A stretch of 56,184 nt of DNA from Octopus bimaculoides. Lineage: Eukaryota. The notes beneath the pieces were generated by a model. That model was not told the DNA's origin and did no database searches. It saw only the letters and a program-made list of their open reading frames with translations. Location: NCBI RefSeq assembly GCF_001194135.2, contig NC_068981.1:59960764-60016947 (forward strand), in the 5' to 3' direction. Shown here piece after piece: positions 36,901 through 49,780 of this stretch; the stretch's first letter is position 1, and each line of letters starts with the position of its first letter. The position numbers and the translations under genes were made by a program.

Positions 36901-37448
36901 GTAAGACATACATATATACATACATACATACATACATACATATAGGTATATACACATGCACCATATGTATGTATACACACACATGTGTATGTATGTTTGT
37001 ATGTATGGTTTTATGTATGTATGTGTGTATGTATGAATGTATGTATTATGGTGGCTGTCAAAATTCGCAATAAGCATATAGTTAATTTCCAGTGCAATAT
37101 TATTTCGTACTGGCATTCGAACATGGAAGTAAATCATACATCGACTTCAGGAGAGAACAAATGTCTTACAGGAAATTCTCCTTTACTCAAAGAACTCACA
37201 TGATTCACTAATAGGTTGGAATCCTATCCGTATGACTTTTATCAGTTCGCGTTTCTAATTTAATCTGTAACAAGATCACTCCTTTGAGTCATATGAAACT
37301 GACTCAATCTTAATTTTGTATTCCATCTTAAATCTATTTCCATTTATTAGCAATTACCTATTAAAAATGCGCTCGGCGGAATCTTGTAGTATAATTTTGC
37401 AGCGTGTTTTTTACTCTGGTAAATGTTAATGGAAGATAATATAATAAA

Positions 37449-37496
37449 ATATAATATAATATAATATAATATAATATAATATAATATAATATAATA
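37449..37496. repeat. (ATATA)n pentanucleotide microsatellite
   Basis: Direct inspection. Confidence 0.95.
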
Positions 37497-39263
37497 ACTT
37501 TTCTGTTCCAGCTCTCATGAAACAGAGTGGCAGACCAAAATATTTCATCGAGTACTGCAGGTGAATTTCTAACTTTCCATCAATTTCTTTTCGTGAAATT
37601 CCATGTATTTAGAATGGACATTAAACCTTCGGCAAAATCCCTTGCTGACAGCACCTTTCCTAAGCTTGTTCAACATACATCCATTGACAATAGCTGGAGG
37701 AAATGACAAACGTATTTTTAAAAACATCTACTTGCTTGGAATTACTCAGTGATATTGCAGAAATACAAGAAATACTGGTAATTCGATGCTTTGAATCGTT
37801 GGATTCTGTCTCTTCTGATCTCAAAAGGGAATTGTTAAACAAACTACAACCCATCCTTACCGTTGTATAAAATTTGTTATATAAGAATAATATACAATGT
37901 GCGAAGAGGATTTTCAATTATCTTCCGTTTTCCTACTTATAAGATAAATAAATACAAATTCTGTAATAATATATGATTATAGCTTTTATTTAAAAAAAAC
38001 AAAACAATATTTTCATGCACAAATATATATTTCTCAAAATATATCGTTAAAATATCTCTTATCCATTTTCCCGCGAGGTAATAAAGATGGAAACAAATGG
38101 TTTTGCTATATTTAGTTGTGAAATGATGAGAATATTTTATTCTGAATGGAAAAAAATAGATAAATAGAGCTTAACTATGAATAGTAATTGTAAGTTAAAT
38201 CCATATATTGGATGAGATAATAATCTTGGGTTCAAGGCAATGTTTGGTCTTATAAATGAAGCTAAAAACAACAGATAATGCATCCAAACATCGATATCGT
38301 TAGTAGAGCACCATATGTGCTTTTTTGTCAGCTGCAGTCATAAAACTAATACTTTATCTTGCGTATTTTAGCTCATTTACAAAATCCTCTGTTATTGTAT
38401 GTGCTGTATCTTTCCTAGATACTCGCGCGCGCACACTCGTATATGGACACTAAAACACTATCTTTCTTTCTTCCCGACACTGCGCGCATACATGTCATTT
38501 CCCTCATTATATTTATAGGTATTAATTCATATATGTATGTATATACATATACACTTACATACATACATGCATACATACATACATACATACATATGTGAGT
38601 ATATATGTATACGTGTGTGTGTTTGTATTCATATATGTATCTGTGTGAATCTTGTGGCTAGCACAGCTATACATTTTACAGTAGACGCAAAGTTCGAACC
38701 CCTCATGCAATGTTGCAAATACACAAGGATGATACACATACACACACTCACGCACACACACACAGGCACACACACACAAACACACCCACCCACGCATTTT
38801 CTAGGTTCAATTAAATACAAACCTTTTATAAATCTAAAATAAAAAGAAGAAATAACTAAAACAATTACACTAGAGCTTGTCTCATGACAAAACTCTGAAC
38901 AATATGGACCACCAATCGCGATAACCTCTGTATATGCAGAGATAGCATCTGTATTACATCAATATAACTGATAACATCTATGAATACATAAATACACTAA
39001 GGAATGAAAAAAAAGCACACGATTTCCTAAATATCACAAGATGATTATTTTAAAACGAATAGGTATAGACATCCCATCATCTGATCTGTTGTGAATCATT
39101 ATAATTTCGACAGTAAGAAATATCATTCTATGCAACGGCATCTGCATTACAATTAAAAGAAACGCCACCCTATACATGCATGTGTAACGGAACTGTAATC
39201 CCATGACATATAACTTAACGCATAACATCTCAAGCCAGCAACATAATAAAAAATAATTGAATA

Positions 39264-39395
39264 TGGCATGGTTGTATGGTAAGAAGATTACTTCCTAAGC
39301 ATATGGTTCTGGGTTCAGTCCCACTGCGTGGCGCCTGGGCAAGTGTCTTCTACTATAACCTTAGGCCGACCAAAGTCTTATGATTGGATTTGGTT
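39264..39395 (+). mobile_element. tRNA-derived SINE, 3'-truncated
   Basis: ggcatggttgtatggtaagaag...gggttcagtcccactgcgtggc.cctgggcaagtgtcttctactata. Confidence 0.7.
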
Positions 39396-39600
39396 GCAAA
39401 TTCTTTCCAACATTCCTAAATGGCATTGGTATAATGTTTTCCAAAAAATAGTAAATATTTTAGTGTGCTTAAGAAACACAAAATTAGATTTGCATTTTCT
39501 AATAGCCGGAACCTAGCACAAATTATTGTAGCACACAACGCGAGTAAGTTAAGTAATTTCCATGAGAATACAGATAATAATAATCTGCATAGAAATAGGG
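39396..39600 (+). mobile_element. Second Naiad-like PLE thumb/linker remnant
   Basis: KHKIRFAFSNSRNLAQIIVAHNASKL resembles NT.K.SYS...N...II..HN.K.L. Confidence 0.4.
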
Positions 39601-40360
39601 AATTAGCAATAAACAGTTGCGAGGTTAATGTAATTGATAAAGCTAGGGACCCGAGGAATAGCTATAGCGAATTAATTTGGTTGGTGAAGGATAGTAATAA
39701 AATATATATATAATACTAAGGTTAAACCGTATAGCATATGGAGTATACGATGTGACATGTGTGTTGAGGAAATGTACCAAATTTTCACTTCAAATTTAAT
39801 CTGATAAACACTAGGCAAGAACTTTGTGAAGGTATCTTCATGCAAATAAATATACTTTAAAAAAATTCAAACAATCGCACTAAACTTAATATTGTACGAG
39901 AATTATAAATTATTAGAATATTATTGAATACCTCTAAAACTAAGAACATTCTTGAAATGAGTGGAATGGTAAACTTTTTAATAGTACTAATGAATCTACG
40001 CAAGCACTTAATCCAGCCTTAACCTATTTTCAGGACTATATTTCGCTTCACCAACAACACTTACTGTAGGTGAACAGTGGGTCAATGATACTACAACTCT
40101 TTATAGTACCATTAATATCTCCTAAAACAAAAATATACTTCATTCACTCAGATTGGTAATTCCTTCTGTTTCACTTCATATGGCAGTAAATATTGGACCC
40201 TGATGAAACTGTACCGACACCAGGATGTATATCTAACAGTGTGCAGTCGATGCAGTTGAAACGCGCGTAGGTCCAAGAAAGAATGCAGTAAATAACTCTT
40301 TAATAATATTATAGATGTAGAAAATTTCCGTTTTTCTTATCATTATTAATACTATATATA

Positions 40361-40765
40361 TAAGGCAGTGAGCTGGCACAATCGTTAGCATGCTGGACGG
40401 AATACGCCGAGGTCGACTTTGCCTTTCATCCATTCGGGGTCGATAAATGGAATACCAGTTGAGTATTGGGGGTCGATGTAATCGACTTAACCCCCCCCCA
40501 AAAAAAAAAAATTTCTTCATGCCTTGTGCCTACAGTAGAAAGGAGTAATAATAGCATGTGTATTTGTTGTCCCATCATCGCTTGACAATCGGTGTTGGTG
40601 TGCTTACTTCCTCGTCATCTGGCGGTTTAACAAAAGAGTTCGATAGAATAAATACTAGGCTAAAAAAAAAATAAGTCCCCGGGTCGATTTTTTTGACTAA
40701 AACATATTAAGGTGGTGTTCCAGGATGGCCGGAGTCAAATGACTGAAACACAAGAATAAAAGATA
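40361..40765 (+). mobile_element. Long composite tRNA-derived SINE
   Basis: Head aaggcagtgagctggc, central gtcgactttgcctttcatcc.ttcggggtcgataaa, and tail gactgaaaca...ataaaagataa. Confidence 0.75.
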
Positions 40766-41640
40766 ACCTGAATACCTAGACTTCACTACATGAAATGAAA
40801 TTAAAAGGATAAACAAAAATTGCATGTAACAATGAGAACAGCAGAGTAATGGAAGCTAAAAATATTAATAATTCAAGGTCACTACTACGTATGAAATTTT
40901 AAGAAAAGTTACAAGAACAATAAACCAAACGTTAATAGAAAAATTTTAAACGGAAAGAAATAAACGTAGACTATTACCTATTAAGGCTTTGTATTATTGA
41001 CAAAAATAGGTATTACACGAATGTTAACTGAGCATTAAACGATTAAAATTATCATCAACTTATAGAATATAATTACACCAGCTAACAAATGTTACATATA
41101 ACAATGAGATTAGCAAAAATTAAGGAACCTGAAAACATTAGTCCTTGAAATTCGTACGATATATGCAAATAAAATGATAGACAGACATTAAACTAGTAAT
41201 TAATACACGAAGTAAAAACAAAATATATAAAAACAATTAAAAATGTCTATTAAAAGCCTGTGCTAATGACTATGAAAACGGGGTTTGATAAAAGAGATTC
41301 GGCATTGCACAATTGTTAATTAATTCACAAATTAATTAGAATTTTAAACAATGTAAAGAAATATCATGCGCCCTGATTGTTCTCAATAGTTAACATACAT
41401 GTTTCATGTAACAGCAAGACCATCTCAATAATTGACTGTTCTCTGATACAGCGTAGTTCAAAAAGGACAACGCTAACTGTACTGGGACTACACGAATGAA
41501 GAAAAGGGGAGGTAATAAGACTAAAGCATGAATAGACTTCCATTAGCGTTACAGTAAAGCGATAATTCCATAACAATGGAAGTTTGATATCGGACGCTTT
41601 CATGATTTAATTGGTTGCTGTCTCTATTCAACGCAAGGCC

Positions 41641-41675
<35 letters not shown>

Positions 41676-42076
41676 NNNNNNNNNNNNNNNNNNNNNNNNN
41701 NNNNNNNNNNNNNNNNNNNNNNNNNNNNNNNNNNNNNNNNNNNNNNNNNNNNNNNNNNNNNNNTATATATACCATAAAGGAAAAATTTAATCGTCATTAA
41801 AGGTGACTGGGGATGTCAAAGCACCAATACTCCTAGAAAAAACACTTATATATATATATATATATATATATATTGAAACATAAAACTTACATTAATGAAA
41901 GGCACGTTTGTCTGAATATGTTACGCTATTATATTAATTCTTTATAGTGAATTTAATGAACTATTTGTAGCGCAGAATGATATAACTCCATAAAGAATCA
42001 GAAAAAACATTTAAGAACCAAACATTTATTAAAGTCATTCATTCAAATACAGGATGGAATGTAATAATTTACTTAC

Positions 42077-42182
42077 TTTTGGAATAAATATGAGCCCAAC
42101 TGTTATAGTACTTGTAATTTGAAGGGATAAAAAATGCAGCAAATACATGATATCTGGTCCGACAGATGATTTTACAAATTGC
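42077..42182 (-). CDS. GPR158: Class C GPCR exon encoding ECL3 and TM7
   Basis: Acceptor ttttatatcttaatctttaccacAG and donor AAA|GTAAGT; 106 nt, phase 2 to phase 0. Reads QFVKSSVGPDIMYLLHFLSLQITSTITVGLIFIPK, ending in the class C FxPK motif at the exon boundary. Confidence 0.93.
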
Positions 42183-42314
42183 CTGTGGTAAAGATTAAGA
42201 TATAAAATGCATGTAACGAATTTATTAAAAGCTGAGTGATTTAGGAGCATATTATTGTCAGTGCGACACAGAATTCAATATTATTGGGAAATCCATATAC
42301 ATGTTACTCTTGCA

Positions 42315-42372
<58 letters not shown>

Positions 42373-42635
42373 CCGATGCTTGTGTGTTTACGTCCCCGTA
42401 TCCTAGAGGTTCGGCAAAAAANNNNNNNNNNNNNNNNNNNNNNNNNNNNNNNNNNNNNNNNNNNNNNNNNNNNNNNNNNNNNNNNNNNNNNNNNNNNNNN
42501 NNNNNNNNNNNNNNNNNNNNNNNNNNNNNNNNNNNNNNNNNNNNNNNNNNNNNNNNNNNNNNNNNNNNNNNNNNNNNNNNNNNNNNNNNNNNNNNNNNNN
42601 NNNNNNNNNNNNNNNNNNNNNNNNNNNNNNNNNNN

Positions 42636-42685
<50 letters not shown>

Positions 42686-43006
42686 CACAAATGTACATTG
42701 ATACACAAATGTCTCATGCACACGCATGTAATGTTCTTAAATGATGGTGGCTACTGTTAATGGTGACGAGAACATTTCGAAGTCTCAGCAACTTCTTTAT
42801 CCACATTTAATCTATTCACTCCACTGTCGTCAAGCAATTTTCATTTGAATAAATATACGGCAGAAAAGCCGGTTATTTATTGGAAATAAATTTGGCCATT
42901 TTCCTCCACATTTCATTAAATTTTATTAAAGATAGAAATTTTCCTGGCACGCTTACATAACGTGTTATTTTCTGCTTAAAACTTTTGGCGATGATTTTAT
43001 TTAAAG

Positions 43007-43563
43007 TACATGGTGGTCTAAAATTCGTGCACCAGTAACATAACACTTTGCCATAACGTCTTCATAATTGTTATTGTTTAGAAGAAAACTTGATAAATGT
43101 TCATAAAACGATGATTATTCTTATTTTAAAACCATGTCAGAAATCTTTTAAATGTTAATCTCGCCAATCAATTGATTGGCAGACACGGTCCTGTGTCTTG
43201 GCATCTGAAGTCCCAAAACTTCCTCCTCTTGACTTTTTACTATGGAGTCATCTTAAGTCCGATGTTTATATAACTCGTCCTAGAAGTGTTGAAGAATTAA
43301 AAGAAAACTTAAGAATTCAATGTGCAAATATTAACATTGAAGTCATGAATATTGTACAAAATTCTATTTGGTTTCGTTTTCAGAAATCTAATAACTGTGA
43401 GGGGAATCAGTCTGAACAATTATTTTAACCATTTCTGTGTTTTTTTTAAAATTCATTTGTGATAAAGAATTTAATGTAAATAATAAAAAAGTATCATATG
43501 TCTTATATAAACGGTTTTTCTCATGATTAGGGTGATGCGCGACTTTTGTTCCACCCTCGATTA
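43007..43563 (+). mobile_element. Internally deleted Tc1/mariner element with a transposase C-terminal remnant
   Basis: PLDFLLWSHLKSDVY..RPRSVEELKE (compare SPDL.PLDF.LWG.LK..VY...P....ELK). Imperfect terminal inverted repeats: tacatggtggtctaaaattcgtgc versus gcgcgacttttgttccaccctcg. Confidence 0.75.
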
Positions 43564-45982
43564 ATGAATTAAAAGAAAAATTCCATTTACTGAATATAAG
43601 ATACATCAAACATATAATGATGTTGCAATATTCATCTTTAGATGATGACAGCTCTATTGCCTCTGATTCCAGGTTTGCGCGTTCAGGACTGACTTATACC
43701 TAAATAAATACAACAATAACTAGATAAAGTTTCTGTTGTTAATTCATCAACTAAGGTATTTTGTTGACTTGGCTGGTATAATTAGCGCAAGTAGCTGTAA
43801 ACCGAAATCGTGTACAATCTGGCAAGCAAGCACACATTTGTTTATTTGTAACAATACCCTGAAGACAGCCTTTATAAGGGGTCGTGTTATCACGAACACA
43901 AAATAAAAGAACAGCATAATCTTCATTGAACATTAGAATAGCTACAACAACAATAATAATAGAAAAATAAAACATTTAAAGTACCCCATGTTCTAGGGCA
44001 TAAAGTGACATTCACTTTGAGTATCTTAATCTTATTACAGTCAATTGAAAGAGGCATAATAAACAAAAATATTTAGTTAAATTGTTAATGGCAGCTGTAC
44101 ATGGAGCCTTATCAATCTGAGAAAGCTAAAGTGCTTCTATATTGTATTAGTCTAATGAAGATAGCCATTAGATTATCTATATAATATAATATATTAAACA
44201 CTTTATAGTATTTAGTTCAAAACTTTATGTTCAAATCCTAGAAAGAATGCGTCTCCCTTTTAAATCAATTTCGACACATTCCAGATCATCAATAATTCTG
44301 GAGTTGATTTAAAAGATTATACTGCTTTAGTGCTGTAATTAATCTTATTTCTAAGAAAAATAACGTAAATTTTCTGATAGACTTGCTGCAAACCGGAATC
44401 CTCAAGTGATCCATTTCGGTACACAAATTTCACTTCTTGGTTAAATCTAGTTCCCTTATACAAAAGTTAGTTAGCCTTATAAGAAGAATAAACAGCACTC
44501 AAATTTTCGTTCTTCAACAGGAATGTTCATTTATAATTGAAAAAGGAAAAAACGAAACGCAGAATTTAATGTAAATGATGTCAGATAATCCCACATGGAA
44601 CAGATGATTTTGTCAAATTTTCGAAGTGCCACTCGTATTCTCGTTTCAATAGCTATAAATCTTTGAATGAAATAATGTCATAAACTGCCGAGTTGAGATA
44701 GCCGTTATTCACTGCCGAAGATATGAAATCCGTGCTTAATTTTATATACAAATTTTCATATTTAAGAAATAATGTCACGCTATGTTATAACACTTCATTT
44801 ATGGACACAGTAGTAATATTTCCATTATGAGATAGCACTTCTATACCGAAATTGTACTGATTCTTTTGGAAAGATCGACATACTGTTTGTTTTGACAGGA
44901 AGAACATATAGTCAATTGGAATTTTTCAAATCTAGTATTGGTATTTAATGTATTTTACGTGGAAGAATAAAATATCTAGAAGTCAAATGTTACGAAGTTT
45001 TAACACAGAGCAAATAAAACTGAAAGGGGGTTACTCAGGTGATCGGCCCCAGCTATCTCTCAACTTTGTTATGTACGCGTATCCATATCTTTCGAATAGG
45101 CTTAAGGGAAATTTCAAGTATTTGGAGATGCATCCACCAAGTGAATTTCAGTTTTCTGTATTTGATATTTGTCACTATGTCGATGATGATAAGAATGTGA
45201 ACTACAGCAATATAAGTGAAATGGGATATGATTCATGCCAAATAGGTGTCCATTATAAAATCTCGACTCTAGATTGTTAGGGAAAGATTGTCGTCGATAA
45301 ATAAGACAGATGATATTTAAATAAGAACTAAATCGTATAAATAACAAGTAAATTGATGTATCATGATCTTCATGTAACATGTCTGACTAACAATCTATGC
45401 ATTTCAATTAGTAACTATCGTTCCAGGAGCTATGCATCTTCAAAACCTTGATCTCGTTATTCTATATTACAACAGAGTTTGCTTCTGTGAAACTAACCCG
45501 GACAAGCAATTTTTCTGCATAAAGCTTTGTCTATGCCTTCCATCATAAAGTAGAGAACTAATATTCCTCTGTCCCATGAGACAATACAATTATTATCTCA
45601 GCTGCAATGATCCCAAATTCACCTAGTTCATTTAAACGTCAATAGTTGGTATTAATTACATACAACAAGATTAAAGATAAATTTCGTTTTCACCAAATCT
45701 ATCATTTGAGATAAACACGGTTTTCTACAACTGATGTGCATGTATATGATTAAGAATGATATATTATTCCTCTATTTGCATTATCATGATATATTTCTCA
45801 TGTCATAATTTCCATAGAGCTGCAATTGTTAATTTCTCGTCGTTTTATGTGACTAGGTTTACAGTGTTCAATATGTCCTACTTCATTTTAAAGAAAGTAA
45901 GGTGTAATCATAAAGAAAATCGACTACTAAATCATGCAGGTTGAGCGGCGAACGTATGACATCTTACATTAATTGTATATTA

Positions 45983-46171
45983 TTATCGTTTATATGTAGT
46001 TGTGGTCCCGGTATGACGCAGCCACTCTTGCAGAGATTCAAAAACACTAAACATATCTGGATGCTTTTTGTGAGGCGCATTATTCCTCCTATTCGTTGGC
46101 CTGTAGTTCTGGTTAAAACAATGAGTTGGCATTGAGCGCATTTCTTCCAAAGTGCTGTGTTGTGCCAACAA
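45983..46171 (-). mobile_element. Possible MULE transposase remnant
   Basis: RRNNAPHKKHPDMFSVFESLQ loosely resembles RTNN..E......HP.I......L..EQ. Confidence 0.3.
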
Positions 46172-46475
46172 TCTTCTATCAGTACCAAGACCGTAAATAT
46201 GCTATAGAAATTTAGAAGCAGGCTACAGTAATGAGGTTCTAGGAGAAGATTTATGCGTCCGAGAAAGCCATTTGAACAGCTGCTAGCAAAGGACTTTGAT
46301 CACGTGTTCTATGAATTCTCCGATCTAGTGATGCTACCTGAGTGGAGTGGAGTCACGGTTCGAGATAAATTGTATATCTAAAGTTATGTTAGTGAAGTTA
46401 GACAATCCTCTCCTAGATGAGAGCACTAATAAAATGGCTCCAAACCTATTATGTTACTATATTTTATTACCCATG

Positions 46476-46517
<42 letters not shown>

Positions 46518-46774
46518 NNNNNNNNNNNNNNNNNNNNNNNNNNNNNNNNNNNNNNNNNNNNNNNNNNNNNNNNNNNNNNNNNNNNNNNNNNNNNNNNNNN
46601 NNNNNNNNNNNNNNNNNNNNNNNNNNNNNNNNNNNNNNNNNNNNNNNNNNNNNNNNNNNNNNNNNNNNNNNNNNNNNNNNNNNNNNNNNNNNNNNNNNNN
46701 NNNNNNNNNNNNNNNNNNNNNNNNNNNNNNNNNNNNNNNNNNNNNNNNNNNNNNNNNNNNNNNNNNNNNNNNNN

Positions 46775-46833
<59 letters not shown>

Positions 46834-47591
46834 GAGAGAAATAGATAGATCGATAGACAGATAGATTGAGAGGGAGATAGAGAGAGGGAGATAGAGAGAG
46901 GGAGGGAGAGAGGGGAGAGGGAGATAGACGCTTTCCTGTAAATTTGTTAAAAGGTTGGTGAGGATGAGAATTGCCCTGGTGAATGGGAATGACCCTATTG
47001 GCGTCATAGACAAGCAGGTCAGAAAACAGAGATGGTAGAAAGCACTTTCCCGTGATTGCCAAAGTAATCTTATATTAAGTGTGTTAATTTCATTGTTTTT
47101 TTTCAGTCTAATAGAACGTCTCGTTTTAGTCTTTTGTTTACTATTAGTCTCTTTGCCTATTTCCCCCTAATTAATTCAGTGTAAAGCTTTTTCGCTTTAG
47201 CCATTTGTCCTATTGATGTCCCTTAAATTATCGCTCTGGGGGAAAATGAATCAAATCGTCATTGCATTTATTATATGGTATTAAGATCATTTATTATCGT
47301 TCAAATATTGTTTATTGTTTATGTAATTGTACTTTTTCCACAAGCGATTTCATCCAAAATCGTGCGTTGAAAGAGAAGCAGTTAAATAGTAGAAGAGCTA
47401 TTTTATTTGATTAAAATAAAAAAATAAACTTACATTAATTTTATATTATTTCTTTGGTTATTAAAAATTTCTGACGCACTTCTGCATTGTTCAGGATTTT
47501 TAAATATTTTTAATAGCCTCAGGTATTGTTCAACTACTGAGCTTGCGTTTTTTTCTAAGTAGTAGTTGCTTGAAAATTATTTAAAATATTT

Positions 47592-47634
47592 AAAGGCATT
47601 ACTAACCAGTGTATTATTATTATTATTATTATTA

Positions 47635-47698
<64 letters not shown>
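47592..47698. repeat. (TTA)n microsatellite about 80 bp into the intron after the TM5-TM6 exon
   Basis: Direct inspection. Confidence 0.95.
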
Positions 47699-47700
<2 letters not shown>

Positions 47701-47775
47701 GGATACAATTCATACAGAAGAATCGGTTCAATAGACAATAAATTTTAGTTTTATGTCTGCTTTACAGAAACTTAC

Positions 47776-47914
47776 TGAAAAATTATCAGAAATGAACCAA
47801 GAATGAGTGTGTTGTACGTGGACCATGTGATATATCTACTCTCGTTGAAAAATGCCGGCGCTTTTCGTACAGTAAAGCAAAGATAGACACTATAGAGAAG
47901 CATTATAGCTTCAC
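47776..47914 (-). CDS. GPR158: Class C GPCR exon encoding TM5, ICL3 and TM6
   Basis: Acceptor ttctatttctttatAG and donor CA|GTAAGT; 139 nt, phase 1 to phase 2. Reads (G)EAIMLLYSVYLCFTVRKAPAFFNESRYITWSTYNTLILGSFLIIF(Q). The VRKAP..FNES motif matches the class C ICL3 signature. Too short to appear in the ORF track. Confidence 0.93.
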
Positions 47915-49559
47915 CTATAAAGAAATAGAAAAAACATATTAACAGATTGTATAATTATTTCTATATCAACAGAAGCCAAAACTCCTACAAAATTTATTAC
48001 ATTCAACAACAACAGCAGCAAGAACAAGAACAAGAAGAAGAAGAACAACAGCAACAATAATAACAACAAGGATAATAACAATTTAGTTTTACGATACTAA
48101 GCCGCGTTACACAGAGAATTTCCAATATGGCTGTAAAATCGGCACAGTTCACAATGAGGAATTAAATAAATACTGTATAAACAAAGTAGACAAAAGATTC
48201 CAACCTAGAATAAATAATTGCCAGACTAAATTGGAGTTTAGTAGAGATATTTTTTGTAGTGAAGAAAATAAAATAACTTACATGACAATATACGTATAAC
48301 CCTCTTGAAAATAACAAGAATAAGTATTGTATCATGATTAAATATTAGAAATAGCGAACAAATACGACTGAAAACTTTAAACAATTGATTAAAACCGTAT
48401 AGCTACTCTCAGAGCCATTTTCTTGAAAACAATCCCTCAAAACTCTACTTGTAACAACATAGTAGTCAGCAAGACACCTATTACATTAGAGCTGTTGTGG
48501 AATTAGATTTTTGGAATTTGAGCTAGATATAGCAAAAAATATAAATAAAGGCCGATTAGAAGAGAATTAAGCAACAATAGAAATATGAGCACTATTTCTC
48601 CCGAGCATTAGAAGTCTTTTATGATAAATAAGGATAGAAAAATTGTAAACAGAGAATTAACTCTCCCACAGCAAGAACACTGTAGTATCAACACTTTTGC
48701 AACGCAGCTAAAACATGTGGCTCTGCGTTGGAGCGCAACGAAAACTGAATCTCTCACACTGGTATGAAAGATCTATTAACAAAACCACATATTAAAAAGT
48801 GAACAGTGAGTGTGCATTCCTAGAAGAGGTGGTATTAAGAGGATATTAAGCATCAGCGATCAATATAAAATGCAGTAACTAATAGCACAACAAAAGCAGC
48901 AGCTTTGGCCATCGCAACCAGAGATAGTGAAAGTATATTAACACCTCCAATAGTATTGATAACAGATGTTATCAATACTAAACATTTTCTGAGATAATGA
49001 AATTATGCATCAAGATGTTCCATACTAAATCCGATCCGATAAAATAGCTATCGAAGCACAGTAACATCTAGTATTTGTACAGTAACGTGTATTAATTGTA
49101 CATCTATTATTCGTATATCCGATCGTTGTTTTCTGAAACGTGGTATTAAAGAAAGCTATTTCTTATCCTAAAAGTGTCATCGAAAATTTTATAGTGCATT
49201 CCATAACCAGATATATCGTACTGGAGTCCTTCCCGGAGCTACCCATGGAAAAACTATTGAACCTAGAATTCTTGATATGTTTGGCAACGCAAGTTGTGTT
49301 AAGAAGTTCGGAATGCCGCTACGTGCTTCTGGTTTTAATCCCAGTACGCACAATCTTAGGAAAAGGTCAAGTTTGAGATAATGGAATTTAGAAATAGAAT
49401 GTATAAGGAACTCTTCATCAAATACATTTACTTATTAAACATGAATTTTATATGTACAAAAGCAATGACATTCTGCATAAAGAACTGAGTAGTGTCTGAT
49501 ATTTATAATGATGCTATTTTTCTCAAAATATTATACAAAATATAGGAAAAATACTTAAT

Positions 49560-49780
49560 TGCGCTGCCTTTTTCCACATCACTCTATAATATCGGCACCA
49601 ATCAATCCATTTGTCTCTCCATTCGCAGTGCCCGTGTACAGGATATAACAGAGTTCCGACGAATAATCGGCAACTTATGGATACCCTATTTGAAGAGATG
49701 ATCTCTTGAAAAAAACCACCATTTCTTTGTGCCCGAAGCCAGTTTATACTGCTTCTCCTAAGATGATATGAGCGAAACAA
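49560..49780 (-). mobile_element. Possible mariner transposase C-terminal remnant
   Basis: Across frames: INWLRAQ...FFQ and GIHKLP. Confidence 0.35.

Noticed and set aside
37500-37700. Minus-strand acceptor followed by IVNGCMLNKLRKG...
   Set aside because: Starts in phase 1, incompatible with the flanking exons; no convincing donor before the stop.
40198-40240. Additional CTGATGA boxes (also at about 55812)
   Set aside because: No stem II/GAAAC geometry, so not hammerheads.
41399-41487. Minus-strand 89-nt exon-like segment with a good acceptor and a GTATGT donor (PVQLALSFLNYAVSENSQLLRWSCCYMKH)
   Set aside because: Its neighbouring exons join phase 0 to phase 0, so 89 nt would shift the frame. 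No homology recognised; at most a poison exon.
43751-43975. Minus ORF containing FNE and LFCVR, first considered as the TM5-TM6 exon
   Set aside because: The motif order is wrong, and the real exon with VRKAPAFFNES was found at 47776-47914.
44948-45280. 110-aa plus-strand ORF inside a GPCR intron
   Set aside because: No recognisable motif, splice context or codon pattern; consistent with chance.
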